Shown: positions 1 to 11,070, counted from the first letter of the stretch. The stretch: 21,706 nt of DNA from Piromyces finnis finn (GCA_002104945.1 MCFH01000169.1:1-21706), one strand, 5' to 3'. Numbers and translations: made by a program. The notes: generated by a model from the sequence alone, not told the origin.

Positions 1-59
1 GGAAAGAATAAATTAAGATATCTGTTCTATTACAATAACACTAAATTGAAAATAAAAAT

Positions 60-500
60 AGAAATTTGTTTTATAAAAATATCTTTTATTATAATAGAAT
101 TTTTTAATAACAATTACATCGATAAAATGATAAAAAAATCTTCTATTTATATTTTTCCTAAATACATTATAATATAATATTATATTATATTAATTATTTA
201 TATTATATTATATTATATTATATTATATATTTATATATATTATATTATATTATATTATATTTTATATTATTATTATATTATATTATATTTATTATATTTA
301 AAATCTACACCTAAAATCTTAATTATTAATAAATATTTAAACTATAACTATTTTTAGTAAAATACAATTGGCAATTCAAATTAAGTACTATTCAATTTGA
401 ATATGTGCCCATGTATTATTGATATGTTAATCATTTAATAATTATATACTATATATCTATTTCTATTACAAAACAATACTAAAGCTAGGGGTTTAAATTG
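60..500 (+). repeat. Dispersed AT-rich repeat family A, copy A1 (interrupted by a TATTA-type microsatellite)
   Basis: Colinear shared words with 3340-3830: AATAACAATTACAT (106-119 / 3409-3422), TATTTATATTTTT (144-156 / 3448-3460), CCATGTATTA (409-418 / 3632-3641). Ends approximate. Confidence 0.65.
168..300. repeat. Imperfect (TATTA)n/(TAT)n microsatellite
   Basis: Seen directly in the sequence. Confidence 0.85.
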
Positions 501-717
501 AGAATTTTAATTTATTTGATAAACATTAAAACTAAATTAATAATTTATTTTGTTTTAGACTTAAATTATTGATAAATAAGTTATGTTCCATTTTCTTTTT
601 CTGTAATATAATTCGTGTAACTTAAACAGTAATATTTATGGCTTAAATTACATTAAAGATATCAATCTGTGGCGTTTGATATCTTTACATCAGCATACTT
701 ATGAGGATGAGGATGTA

Positions 718-1230
718 TCACCTTGTGTGCCTCATACTGTTTGGTTCTTTGTTGTCAAACAGACCTACTAATGGTTTGTGGTCTGCATATAAAAGAGTTT
801 CATATTTATTCCCAGATATGTAGTACTTAAACTCCTTTGCACAATAGTATACTGCAGTTCCTTCTAGATCAGTAATACTATAATTTCTTTCTGCCTTCGT
901 TAGAGTTCTACTGACAAAGTGTATCGGATGTTCTAAATTGTCTTTTTCACCCACTTGTAGTAGCACACCTCCAATACCGTCTAAGCAAGCGTCTGTCCTA
1001 ATAATAAATTGTTTATTATAATCTGGATATCTCAAAATTGGTGCACTAATAATTGCATCCTTTAATACATTAAAACTATTTTGTTGATCTTTCTCCCAAA
1101 TATATGGCTCGTCCTTTCTTAACAATTTGTTTAATGGAGCAGCCAGTTTAGTATAATCTTTAATAAATTTTCTGTAATATCCTACAGTACCTAGAAAGGA
1201 TCTGAGTTCACTAATATTTTCTGGTTTTGT
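718..1230 (-). pseudogene. pol: pol remnant: RT connection plus RNase H of Ty3/gypsy
   Basis: Reads ELRSFLGTVGYYRKFIKDY..APL..LLRKD, then FIIRTDAC..GIGGVLLQ, HFVSRTLTKAERNYSITDLE, YADHKPL. Same frame as the RT ORF across a TGA at 1231-1233; ends at TGA 718-720. Confidence 0.92.
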
Positions 1231-2040
1231 TCAATTTTTTATTGCTTCAATTCTTGATTTCATTGTTTTTAACCCATCCTTAGAAACCACATGTCCTAGC
1301 ACCTCCACCTCCTCCTTAAAGAAGCAATATTTCTCAATGTTGATTTTAACTTTATGTTTCCTAAAAGTGGATAGGACTTGTGTAATATATTTAATATGAT
1401 TTTCTTCATTTTTAGAGAAAATTAGAACATCATTCATGAAAACAAAAGTACAATTTCCCAGAAGATCAAAGAGAATTCGATTCATTTTTCTTTGAAAAGC
1501 TGCAGGAGCACCAGTTAGACCAAAGGGTATTACCTTATATACAAAGTTACCAAACTTTGTAGTAAAACTAGTTAAATCTCTACTTCCTTCATCCATAAGA
1601 ATTTAATGGTAACCAGAGAACAAGTCCAGCGTAGAGAATACCTTTGCGCCATGGAGACTATGAAAAATCTCATCAATATTTGGAATTGAATATGAGTCAG
1701 GAACTGTCATACCATTTAATTTTCTATAATCACAACACAAGCGCCATTTACCATTATTCTTTGAGACTAAAACAATAAGAGATGACCAAGAAGACTTCGA
1801 AGGTTTAATTAGTCCTTTATTTAAGAGTTTTGATAACTCTTCCTTGAGAATATCTGACTTAGCCTTATTCAGACCATAAAAACGACTCTTGAACGGAACG
1901 GAACCAGGCTTTAATTCGATGTGGTGCAGGTTTAATTTAGATGGAGTTAATTCTTCTGTAGATGTAGCTACCACATCAATATATTCACTAAGAAGGTTAG
2001 TAACATTCTTTCTATAAGCTGGGTCTAAACCAGACAAAAA
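1231..2040 (-). pseudogene. pol: pol remnant: reverse transcriptase of Ty3/gypsy, catalytic YxDD eroded to FMND
   Basis: Motifs KPSKSSWSS.IVLV, KWRLCCDYRKLN, FSTLDLFSGYH, PFGLTGAPAAFQR, LGHVVS. ORFs 1603-2100 and 1231-1596 are one frame split by TAA at 1603-1605 (YH*IL, expected YHQI). FMND at 1429-1440. Confidence 0.95.
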
Positions 2041-2147
2041 ATTCAGGATTCCTAATATACCTAATATAATCATATGGAGACAAGGACTTCGCACCAACAT
2101 TCATATTTGGTGTAACCATATCATTATCGGAAATCTCTTCTTCCCAA

Positions 2148-3249
2148 TTAAGAGAAAAAACAATTCTTGGTTGGACCTATATATTTAACAAAACAAGTGA
2201 TAATAGGCAATTCTTGATTCTCGAGTAATGGAGAAATATTCTCGAAGTTATTGATGTCTTTAAACCTACATGACGATTTGGTAAAAGGATGAATTAAAAA
2301 AACATTATCAGTAGTAGACTTCAAACCTAGAAGAACATCAAAATATGTAGCTTTATGTTTAACAACACAAAAATCAGCTGCAAATTCATAATTATTTATT
2401 TTAACGCATAAACGGACTACAATAGCATCAGCAATAGTACTATCATCTAGAGTCTCGGATATACGACCTCTACAGAAGCCAACTAGTTTATACTGTCCTG
2501 GGAGACTATTTAAGTAACTGTATGTTACCAAATCCAAATTGTTTCCTGAATCAATTAATAATTTCCCATTTACACCATCCACAGAACAGGCTACAACACC
2601 AAGGTCGTCTTCTCTAAAATTATTAGGAATCTTGTGTGTATTGTTCATATTATAAAGAAATGATCCTTTATCTTTATCAATGGAACCAATAAATTGAACT
2701 TTGTCTAATTTTAAATTTTTAAATAGTTCATTTCTTAATTTTGGACATATGTCCAAAACTTGTCCAAAACTTGTCCAAAACTTGTCCAAATGTAATATTA
2801 CATTTAGTATTTATCAAATCTTTACTGATATCATGTGGTTCCATATTATTAACTTTTGCTAACACCGTATGTCTGGTGTTATAATTTGACACTTCTTCCT
2901 GTTTTACAACATTTGGTATGTCTGCCATATTCTTACAATTTATGTTATCACGTGAATTGCCTTGTGACAAAATTTTCTTTTCAAATTTCAAATATATTAC
3001 TTTCCATGTATGGAACATAATTATTTTGATTACTTTCCAAATTAGGAGTAGTACTACTTTCCTTAATTTTACTATTTCCTAATTTATTATGTTCTGTACT
3101 AATATCTATTTCCTTTTTGGATGTTTTAAACTTACTCTTACTATTATTCTTTATATTTGATACTTCATAAATATAGTTTTTAATATCTTCTTTATTAAAA
3201 TTTTTATGATCTACACCATTACTATTATTTTTAATATCGCTATCACTAT
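2148..3249 (-). pseudogene. pol: gag-pol linker and retroviral-type aspartic protease remnant
   Basis: GKLLIDSGNNLDLV active-site-like motif and YFDVLLG flap-side motif. Upstream KCNITFGQVLDICPKLRNEL is broken by an 11-nt tandem expansion at 2750-2790. An N/K/S-rich open frame runs from 3249 to ~2990. Confidence 0.8.
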
Positions 3250-3958
3250 TTGTAAAAGTTTTATAAAAATTTAAAACAGATTATAAAATTTTACAATAAA
3301 ACAAAAACACAAAAATAAAATAAAAAAAAAACAAAAAAAAAAAAAAAAAAAATATGTTTAAATATCTCTTTTTATTAATTTTATTTAGTTATTAACTAAA
3401 TAATAGTCAATAACAATTACATTGTTTTATTTTGAAATTTTTACATGTATTTATATTTTTTGTAAAATATACTTTAATATACTATTCTATTTAATTATAC
3501 ATATATTCAATAGAAAATAAACAAAACTAAATTAATACTAATTTAATTAAATAATAAAATAATAAAACTAAACTAAAACTAATTAAATACACTTTTGATT
3601 CAATTTGAGTAAACTACAAATTGAATACAGTCCATGTATTACCTATATATTAATTAAATATTAATAATACTATTTATTATATCTTTGCTATTAAAAAAAT
3701 GCTAATTTAAAACTACGCTAAAGTTATTAAACTAATTTTAATTAAATAAAAACTTTTTAAGATTTAATTTGAATATTTAAAATATTTAAATTTAATTATC
3801 CATTAATTTAAATATTTATCCAAATTTCATTTCTAACTTTGATATTTTAAAATTAATCTTTATTTAATTATTCCATAAAATTTATACAATAAATTTTATA
3901 ATTAATTTTTCATTAAAATATCAAAATTATTATTTAATAATTATTTAATTAATTATTA
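3250..3958. mobile_element. ~0.7 kb non-coding AT-rich insertion into the retrotransposon, containing family A copy A2
   Basis: Flanked by ACTAT at 3245-3249 and 3959-3963 (or CTATCA at 3240-3245 and 3960-3965). Removing it rejoins the minus-strand frame as ...NIFIKTHDS(DS)DIKNNSNG... No terminal inverted repeats or ORF seen. Confidence 0.65.
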
Positions 3959-3963
3959 ACTAT

Positions 3964-5163
3964 CATGCGTCTTAATGAATATATTATTTGGATTTGATGC
4001 ATCCAAATTATTAATATTATCAAGTAGACTTTCATCAGGAGAGGTAGTAATATTTTCCTTTTTGGTTTTTTTGTATTACTTTGAGAAGTTTTCTTTTTGT
4101 CTCCTTCAATATTTTCATCTAAATGAACCTTTTTCTTTTCTTTTGCTTACTTTTTAGGATGTTTAATTTCAACTTCAGATTCTGAGGACATCTTCTTTCT
4201 TTTGATACTATCCACATAATAATATTTCATTTCTTCTGGAGCGTTATTATTTACGGGAGAACGCTCACTCCCGTCTAATAGTTTAAAGAATCATTTTCGG
4301 AGTCACTAGAGTGTTCTTCTTCAAAGTTATTGTTATGTTTACTGCGACTCATCATATCTTGATATTTCATACATTCATATTTAGAATACTCAGGACAACT
4401 ACTCTTCTTGTGACCAGATGTGACCAGAGTTACAGCAGAAATAACAAAATTGAACTTTGAAAGGATTGGTATTATTTTTTACTAATCCTCTCACTATATT
4501 CTTCAGGCTTATTAATATTGGCTTTCTTCTGAAAACTAGAGTTTCCCCCACTACCACTATTTACTCGAGAAGAGGAGCCAAAAGAAGACTTACTAGTAGA
4601 TTTATTCTTCATTTTCTTATCAACTTTGTCATATAACTCTGCAATTTTGAATGCTTCATTTAATTTGATCCATCTACCAGTTAGCTTAACACCTTTCCAT
4701 AATTCCGTTCTTGATTTAATTGCATTTAAATAGTCGGCCACAGTAATACCATTTTGATCAAAAGATTCAAATTGATTATACTTACTTTTGTACTTTTTAT
4801 TGAATTCTTTGATATCCTCTTTGTTGCCTATTTTTAATTACTTTAAGTCGTCAATTATATCTTCCGGCTTGTATTCCAGGTCGTACAAATTTTTGAGAAT
4901 ATCTCTTATGGTCTCCAAGTCTGGGTAGATTTTTCCATTTGGACCATGAGTAATGCATCTTCTAATCTCCTTGGCACCGCTACCCTTGACAGTAAGTAAG
5001 CACCATTCGTAGATTTCCTTCTTGTCGTCGATCTTGTGAAGGTCCGTCCAAGCGTGCATATTTGTTCATACCACATGTCAACATCATTATCTTTATCACT
5101 GATGCCAGTGACACGTTGAAGTGTGAGGATTTTATTTTGTTGTCTTAAAGCTTCTTCAGGCAT
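3964..5163 (-). pseudogene. gag: gag remnant with CCHC zinc knuckle
   Basis: ATG at 5163 (MPEEALRQQ...). 2-nt insertion near 5060, in-frame TAA at 4838-4840, +1 A near 4475. Knuckle CYFCCNSGH-KKSSC (CX2CX4HX4C) at ~4395-4450 is broken by a 10-nt duplication at 4409-4428. Confidence 0.8.
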
Positions 5164-5289
5164 TTTTATAATAGAATACAATTATATATATATACATATA
5201 TAAATAACACAAAGTAAAATTATTTTAAATCAGCAACTACTATTCAAAATAATTAAAATACAACTACAATCACTCCTCCCTTAAAAGAA

Positions 5290-5304
5290 CCGATATCTCC
5301 ACCA
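5290..5304 (-). promoter_or_regulatory. Putative primer-binding site TGGTGGAGATATCGG
   Basis: Starts with TGG (complement of tRNA CCA), lies ~130 nt upstream of the gag ATG, and is GC-rich in an AT-rich flank. The expected LTR-terminal CA just upstream is absent (GTTATA may be decayed GTTACA). Confidence 0.65.
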
Positions 5305-5699
5305 AATAATATAACACGGTTCAATTCAATCTTATTTTTCAAGGGTTTTTGTGATTAAATACTTTATTGATTATTAATATTAATAATACAAAACGTGTTT
5401 TCAATAATTCATATTTTCCATAATATATACTAAATATTTAATTTAAGAATAAGTAATATAAAATTTAATTTAGAACTAGAAATAATATAAATATAATAAA
5501 ATTAGTAATAATATATAAAATAAATATAGAAACATTAATGAAATAAGAAATAACATTTATTTATGTACAATAATATCTCGTGATAATCATAATTTAAATA
5601 TACGCCACGACTATAACTTTTTATGTAAACTTAAGATTTTTGTAGTAAATAAATTTATGGATTTTATGTAATTATTATATATTTACCAATTTATAATAA

Positions 5700-5920
5700 T
5701 TAAGGTTTATAATTTATATTTTATATCAATATTAAATAAATAGTTATAATATAATATAAATGTATTTAGGAAAAATATAAATAGAAGGTATTTTTCATCA
5801 TTTTATCGATGTAATTGTGATTAACAATTTTATTACAGTAAATTAATAAAAAAAATTTATATAAAAACATATTTTATTCTGTGTTGTTACTGTAAAAGAT
5901 TAGATGTCGTAATCTATTCG
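5700..5920 (-). repeat. Family A copy A3, inverted relative to A1
   Basis: 5761-5787 is the exact reverse complement of 140-166 (27 nt). 5797-5817 is the exact reverse complement of 111-131 (21 nt). Confidence 0.8.
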
Positions 5921-6315
5921 ATTTTGTGTCTAGCTTTACACAATTTTATGACAATTCGTATTATATAATATTAATATTAATATTTAGTTTAAAATTATAA
6001 TTTTATTTCTATTTTTATTTTTATTCTTATTATTAATATCAATGCATTTTTATTAAATGTAAGAAAAAGTGTTTAAACAAAGAATTAAAGTAGTTTTTGA
6101 AGTTCTTTGAAAGATTAGCAATTTAATAATATAATTAATAAAATATTAGTAACATTAGCATAACTTAATAAGCAAAACTAATAATGAATATATTTTATAA
6201 ATAACCAAATAAAATTAAGTAAAAAATTTTTTTATTAGTTTATTATTTAAAATAAAATAAAAAAAAAAATAACTAAATAAAAAAACATTTGATTATGACG
6301 ATAATGATTATTATT

Positions 6316-6419
<104 letters not shown>

Positions 6420-6516
6420 GTTTATTATTATTATATATCGGTATATTGCTTTATAGTTTAATATTTATGCATGGTTTTTAAAATAAAGAAAAAAAAAAAT
6501 TCTATTTAAAATAATA

Positions 6517-6589
6517 TGCGAAGTGTGAGGTTCGAACTCACGACCTTAAGATTATGAGACTTACGCGCTGCCGACTGCGCCAACTTCGC
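6517..6589 (-). tRNA. tRNA-Met: tRNA-Met(CAT), elongator type
   Basis: Cloverleaf GCGAAGT/ACTTCGC, anticodon loop CTCATAA, T-loop TTCGAAC. G1:C72, TTC T-loop and U31-U39 indicate elongator rather than initiator. T-tracts follow on the minus strand. Confidence 0.97.
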
Positions 6590-6599
6590 ATAAATATTT

Positions 6600-6681
6600 C
6601 GTCACCTGCAGGACTCGAACCTGCGCTCCCAAAGGGAAATGGCTTAGCAGGCCACCGCGTTAACCACTCCGCCAAAGTGAC
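6600..6681 (-). tRNA. tRNA-Ser: tRNA-Ser(GCT)
   Basis: GTCACTT/AGGTGAC acceptor, loop CTGCTAA, long variable arm TCCC-TTT-GGGA, T-loop TTCGAGT, discriminator G. Confidence 0.97.
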
Positions 6682-7286
6682 TACTTTATAGCTTTATAAA
6701 AAAAAGCGATTTTTTATTAAAGAAAAGTGTGGTAAGCACACTAGTTATATTAACTAACAAATATAATACGCTTTCCTATTAAAGGCGTAAAGCTAATGAT
6801 ATTTATATAAAGAAAATTAAATAATATCTTTATTTTAGTAATAACTTAATATCAGAATATATTAAGTTATTAAAAATATTAAAATTTTTAAAATTGTAGG
6901 TTTTATAGGAGTTTATAAATTTTATTGACTTTAAGTAAAAAAAAATTACTAACGCTAAAGCTTCGTAATTTTTGTCAATTTTTGTTCTTTTTATACATGA
7001 ACAATTTTAATTATTACATTTTTAATTTTAATTAACTATTGTTTAATTATAAAATATTTAATTTTTATAAATTAATAATTACTATAATTATTGTAAATAG
7101 TTAATAAATTTAAAATAAAATTTTTAATAATAAAATTTTAATAATTGAAAAAAATTTAATAATCTCAAAGGATTAGAAATTTTATACTTTGAATTTTTTT
7201 AATAAAAATTTAAAAAATAAATTTTATTTTTTTCCATGTGTCAAAATTTTTTAAATTTTTATATATGGTATTGTGACAGACTTTTG

Positions 7287-7791
7287 ATAAAGAATAAAAT
7301 TTATAAATAATCAATCAATATAAACTCTGACTTAAAAATTTTATTATAAATCTAATATTAAATTAAAATAGTAAACAATTAAAATAATGTAAAATATAAA
7401 TATTTAATTAAATTTTAAAAATGTAAAATATAAACAATTTTTGTTTATAAACAAACTTAAATGTAATTAAATAGTATAAATTGAAATAGAAAACATTATT
7501 TTAAAAACTGTTACTAATTAGCCAGGAAAATTAGAATATTTTAATAATAAAATAATAAATTAATGTTTAATATATTTTCTTTTATAATACATAGCGAGAT
7601 GTATTATACATTTTTTCTAAATAAATAAACTAATATTATAAAACAAGATGTTTTTAAAACTTTAAATTATATTTAGTATTTATATAAACTTGTAGAATGA
7701 GCAAGTGAGCAAGTAAAAATAAATCATTCAATTACATACAAATATACCACTTTCTAAACCTATTTAGAATTAAGTATTTGAACTTGTGTCA
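7287..7791 (-). repeat. Left arm of ~505 bp inverted repeat (family R, copy R1)
   Basis: Near-identical reverse complement of 8797-9311 with only scattered mismatches by eye, e.g. GAATGAGCAAGTGAGCAAGT, GCCAGGAAAATTAG, ATAGCGAGATGT. Confidence 0.97.
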
Positions 7792-8218
7792 CTTTTGTAA
7801 AAGGTTTATTATATTTTCTATAAGAGGGATAGATTTATATATTATTTTATATAAAAAAATATTACAATAATAAATAAATAACAACCTCTCACACGAGCTA
7901 GTATTATATGTAATGTTTTTATATTAAAATTTATAAAGAAATCAGTAATTAAATAATGAATAAAACAATTTAGTTATATATAATAATAAATGTTTATTCG
8001 CCTTATTTCTCTTACTAATATAAAGTATCTTTAACTATTTTAAATATAACTATTCTTTATTATTAATTATTTATTACATTATTTTACTTTAATACTAACG
8101 CTAAAGTATTAGCGTTTGTTTACATGTTTTCTTTTATAATATTATTAATATATATTAACTATTATTGGTTAATAATTAATAATATTATTTACTATAATAA
8201 TACATATTAAATATTATA

Positions 8219-8283
8219 TAAATATTATTTAAATATAAAATAAATATTATTTAAATATAAAATAAATATTATTTAAATATAAA
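8219..8283. repeat. 22-bp tandem repeat (TAAATATTATTTAAATATAAAA), ~3 copies
   Basis: Seen directly. Confidence 0.8.
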
Positions 8284-8796
8284 GAATTATTTTATTTAAT
8301 TTTTATAATATAAATAGATAATTATCAATTTTAAATATTGAATTTACTATATAAAAATGAGTATTAATAATCTCACAAAGAACTTCTTAAAGTTGTTCTT
8401 TGTTCAACTTATTTATACTTTCATCTTTAATATAATATTGATATTAATAAAGTATAATAATAATATAATTTAAGTTATACATGTATAATAATATAAATAT
8501 AAATATAAATATTAATAAAATATAATAATAATATAATATCGATATTAATAAGTTGTTAAAAATAATATTAATAATTATTTAAATGAATCATATTTTACTA
8601 ATTGGTTTGTTTAATATTTATATTAAATAAACTATTATTAGTAAAATATTATTAAATTAATATTTTAATTAATTTAATTAATAATTTCAAAATTATGAAA
8701 TTTCATGAAATGTCAAATTTCATGAATTGTGATTTTGACATTAAAATCAGATTTTATATTGACTAATTATTTATAAATTTCATTCTTTATCGGAAA

Positions 8797-9311
8797 TGAC
8801 ACAAGTTTAAATATACCTTAATTCTAAATAAAATTAGAAAGTGGTATATTCGTGTGTAATTGAATGATTTATTTTTACTTGCTCACTTGCTCATTCTACA
8901 AGTTTTATATATAATTAATAAATATAATTTAAAGTTTTAAAAATATTTTGTTTTATAACATCAGTTTATTTATTTAAAATAAATAAATATATAATACATC
9001 TCGCTATGTATTATAAAAGAAAATATATTAAATATTAATTTATTATTTTATTATTAAAATATTCTAATTTTCCTGGCTAATTAGTAACAGTTTTTAAAAT
9101 AATGTTTTCTATTTCAATTTATACTATTTAATTACATTTAAGTTTGTTTATAAACAAAAATTGTTTATATTTTACATTTTTAAAATTTAATTAAATATTT
9201 ATATTTTACATTATCTTAATTGTTTGCTATTTTAATTTAATATTAGATTTATAATAAAATTTTTAAGTCAGAGTTTATATTGATTGATTATTTATAAATT
9301 TTATTCTTTAT
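8797..9311 (+). repeat. Right arm of inverted repeat (family R, copy R2 plus start of R3)
   Basis: Reverse complement of 7287-7791. Confidence 0.97.
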
Positions 9312-9726
9312 TAGAAATGATACGGTAAGAATATTATCTTAATTCTATAAATGAAATATAGAAAGTGATAATATCTGTATCTAAAAAAAATATTTAATAA
9401 ATAAAAAATAAAGAAAATGAAAATAAATGGTTTTTATACTTGTTCATTTTCAAGTATTAGTTAGTTTTATAAAATAAATTTATTTAATTATAAATTTTGA
9501 TATTTAATAGCTCTCGTATTATTAAATATATATATATATATTATTATTAATACATCTCGTATGTATATGAACATAATTATAAATATTATTTTAATAAATT
9601 TAATATTATTATCTAATTTTAACGGATTATTAGGAACATCTTTTAAAATGAATGTTTTCTATTACTATTTATACAAAATTATTATTTTAAAGTATAACTA
9701 TAAACAAATATAAACTATTTAATTTA

Positions 9727-9757
<31 letters not shown>

Positions 9758-9810
9758 TTTACATTTATAATTTTTAATTTAATAATTTTATACATGTTAA
9801 ATATTTTAAT
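9268..9810 (+). repeat. Family R copy R3, diverged tandem neighbour of R2
   Basis: Repeats the R2 word order at ~530-550 bp period. Shares AGTGATAATATCT (9364), GGATTATTAGGAACA (9624) and GTTTACATTTATAATTT (9757) with 18414, 18656 and 18784. Confidence 0.85.
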
Positions 9811-9825
9811 TTTTATCTTTGTTTT

Positions 9826-10049
<224 letters not shown>

Positions 10050-10738
10050 TGTTAAGGATCTAAGATGAATTTAGGTAAGTTAGGTCAGAATGCCCTAACC
10101 CTACTTATTAATTTAATATAAATTATGTATTATTATAATACTTTTATTTATTAATAAATTTATTAATACATCTTATTAACCAAATATTTTATTAATTCAC
10201 TAAGTAGAGTTATCAAACTTAATGATTTCTCGAAAAGTTCAATTGTTGAATCAATTTCGAGTATTTATAATTTTTAAATCAATTAATAAATGATTAATCT
10301 ATTTAATAAGTTACATTAATTATAAAATACATGATTTCAATTTTAATATAATTAACTATTCTATAAATTAAAATATATTAAATATTTATATAATGACTTT
10401 AAGCTTATGACTTGCCTTTATTTAATTGCTTAAACCATTTCAATCATTTGAGGGAGGAATGACTAACTATTTCATTTATTTAAATTTCCTTCCACATCAA
10501 ATGAACAAAGAGATATTATTTAAACTTTAATAAATATAAAATCTTAATAATTATAATTAATAGAAATCTCTAAAAATATTGTTTAATAATGTTTTATAAA
10601 ATTATTACTCCTAATTAATTAAATGTATAAAACATTATTTAAATAAATTATCATGAATCCACTAATATTCATGACATTATTGTTATTATTATTAATTTGT
10701 AATTTATAAATTTAATTATTTATTTGAAAGAACAAGTA

Positions 10739-10810
10739 GGAGGGTTGGCGCAACGGTAGCGCGTCCGCCTCCAGAGCGGAAGGTTGGGTGTTCGAATCAC
10801 TCACTCTCCA
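10739..10810 (+). tRNA. tRNA-Trp: tRNA-Trp(CCA), intron-less, copy 1
   Basis: GGAGGGT/ACTCTCC acceptor, GCGC D-stem, TCCGC-CTCCAGA-GCGGA anticodon arm, TTCGAAT T-loop, followed by TTTTT Pol III terminator. Confidence 0.96.
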
Positions 10811-10889
10811 TTTTTAATTAATAGTATTATTGCTAATTGGAAAAATTATAATTATTTAATAAACCAGAGCAATAAAGCTTAATTAAAAC

Positions 10890-11070
10890 AAATCAAATAT
10901 GTATTTCTTGATCCAATTTGAATATATCCCTATTTTTAATACTACATTATATATGTTAAAGTAATTTAAAATAAAGTGAAAGTAAAAAATAAAATATTTT
11001 TATAGTTATTTTGAATAAATTTACTTGTTCCATAAATTTAAATATTTATCAAAATTTTGTTTTTATTTAA
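10890..11070 (+). repeat. Partial family A copy A4
   Basis: CAATTTGAATAT (10914-10925 = 393-404) and AATTTAAATATTTATC (11035-11050 = 3805-3820), in the same order as in A1/A2. Confidence 0.5.

Larger units (their letters stand above)
680..5310 (-). mobile_element. Degenerate Ty3/gypsy LTR retrotransposon, 3'-truncated after RNase H (no integrase or 3' LTR)
   Basis: Minus-strand order is PBS, gag (CX2CX4HX4C), aspartic protease (LIDSG), RT, RNase H. RT-RH directly after PR is the Ty3/gypsy arrangement. Multiple stops and frameshifts. Confidence 0.93.

Noticed and set aside
2041-2100. N-terminus MLVRSPCLHMIILGILGIL of the RT ORF, which looks like a signal peptide
   Set aside because: Frameshift artefact of a 9-nt duplication and an extra T; the neighbouring frame continues the pol linker.
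3975-4157. 60-aa plus-strand ORF
   Set aside because: Antisense shadow of the K/E/N-rich gag remnant; no independent coding signal.
4906-5059. C-terminal part of the 91-aa ORF 4906-5181
   Set aside because: Out-of-frame read-through after a 2-nt insertion; the gag frame continues in the 4838-5059 ORF.
5268-5289. AAGGGAGGAG-TG directly after the PBS, suggesting a TRIM-like PBS-PPT unit
   Set aside because: No matching LTR pair, and the gag ATG follows ~100 nt later, so this is more simply the leader.
10093-10103. Telomere or interstitial telomeric array
   Set aside because: Fewer than two CCCTAA units; kept only as part of the conserved motif.
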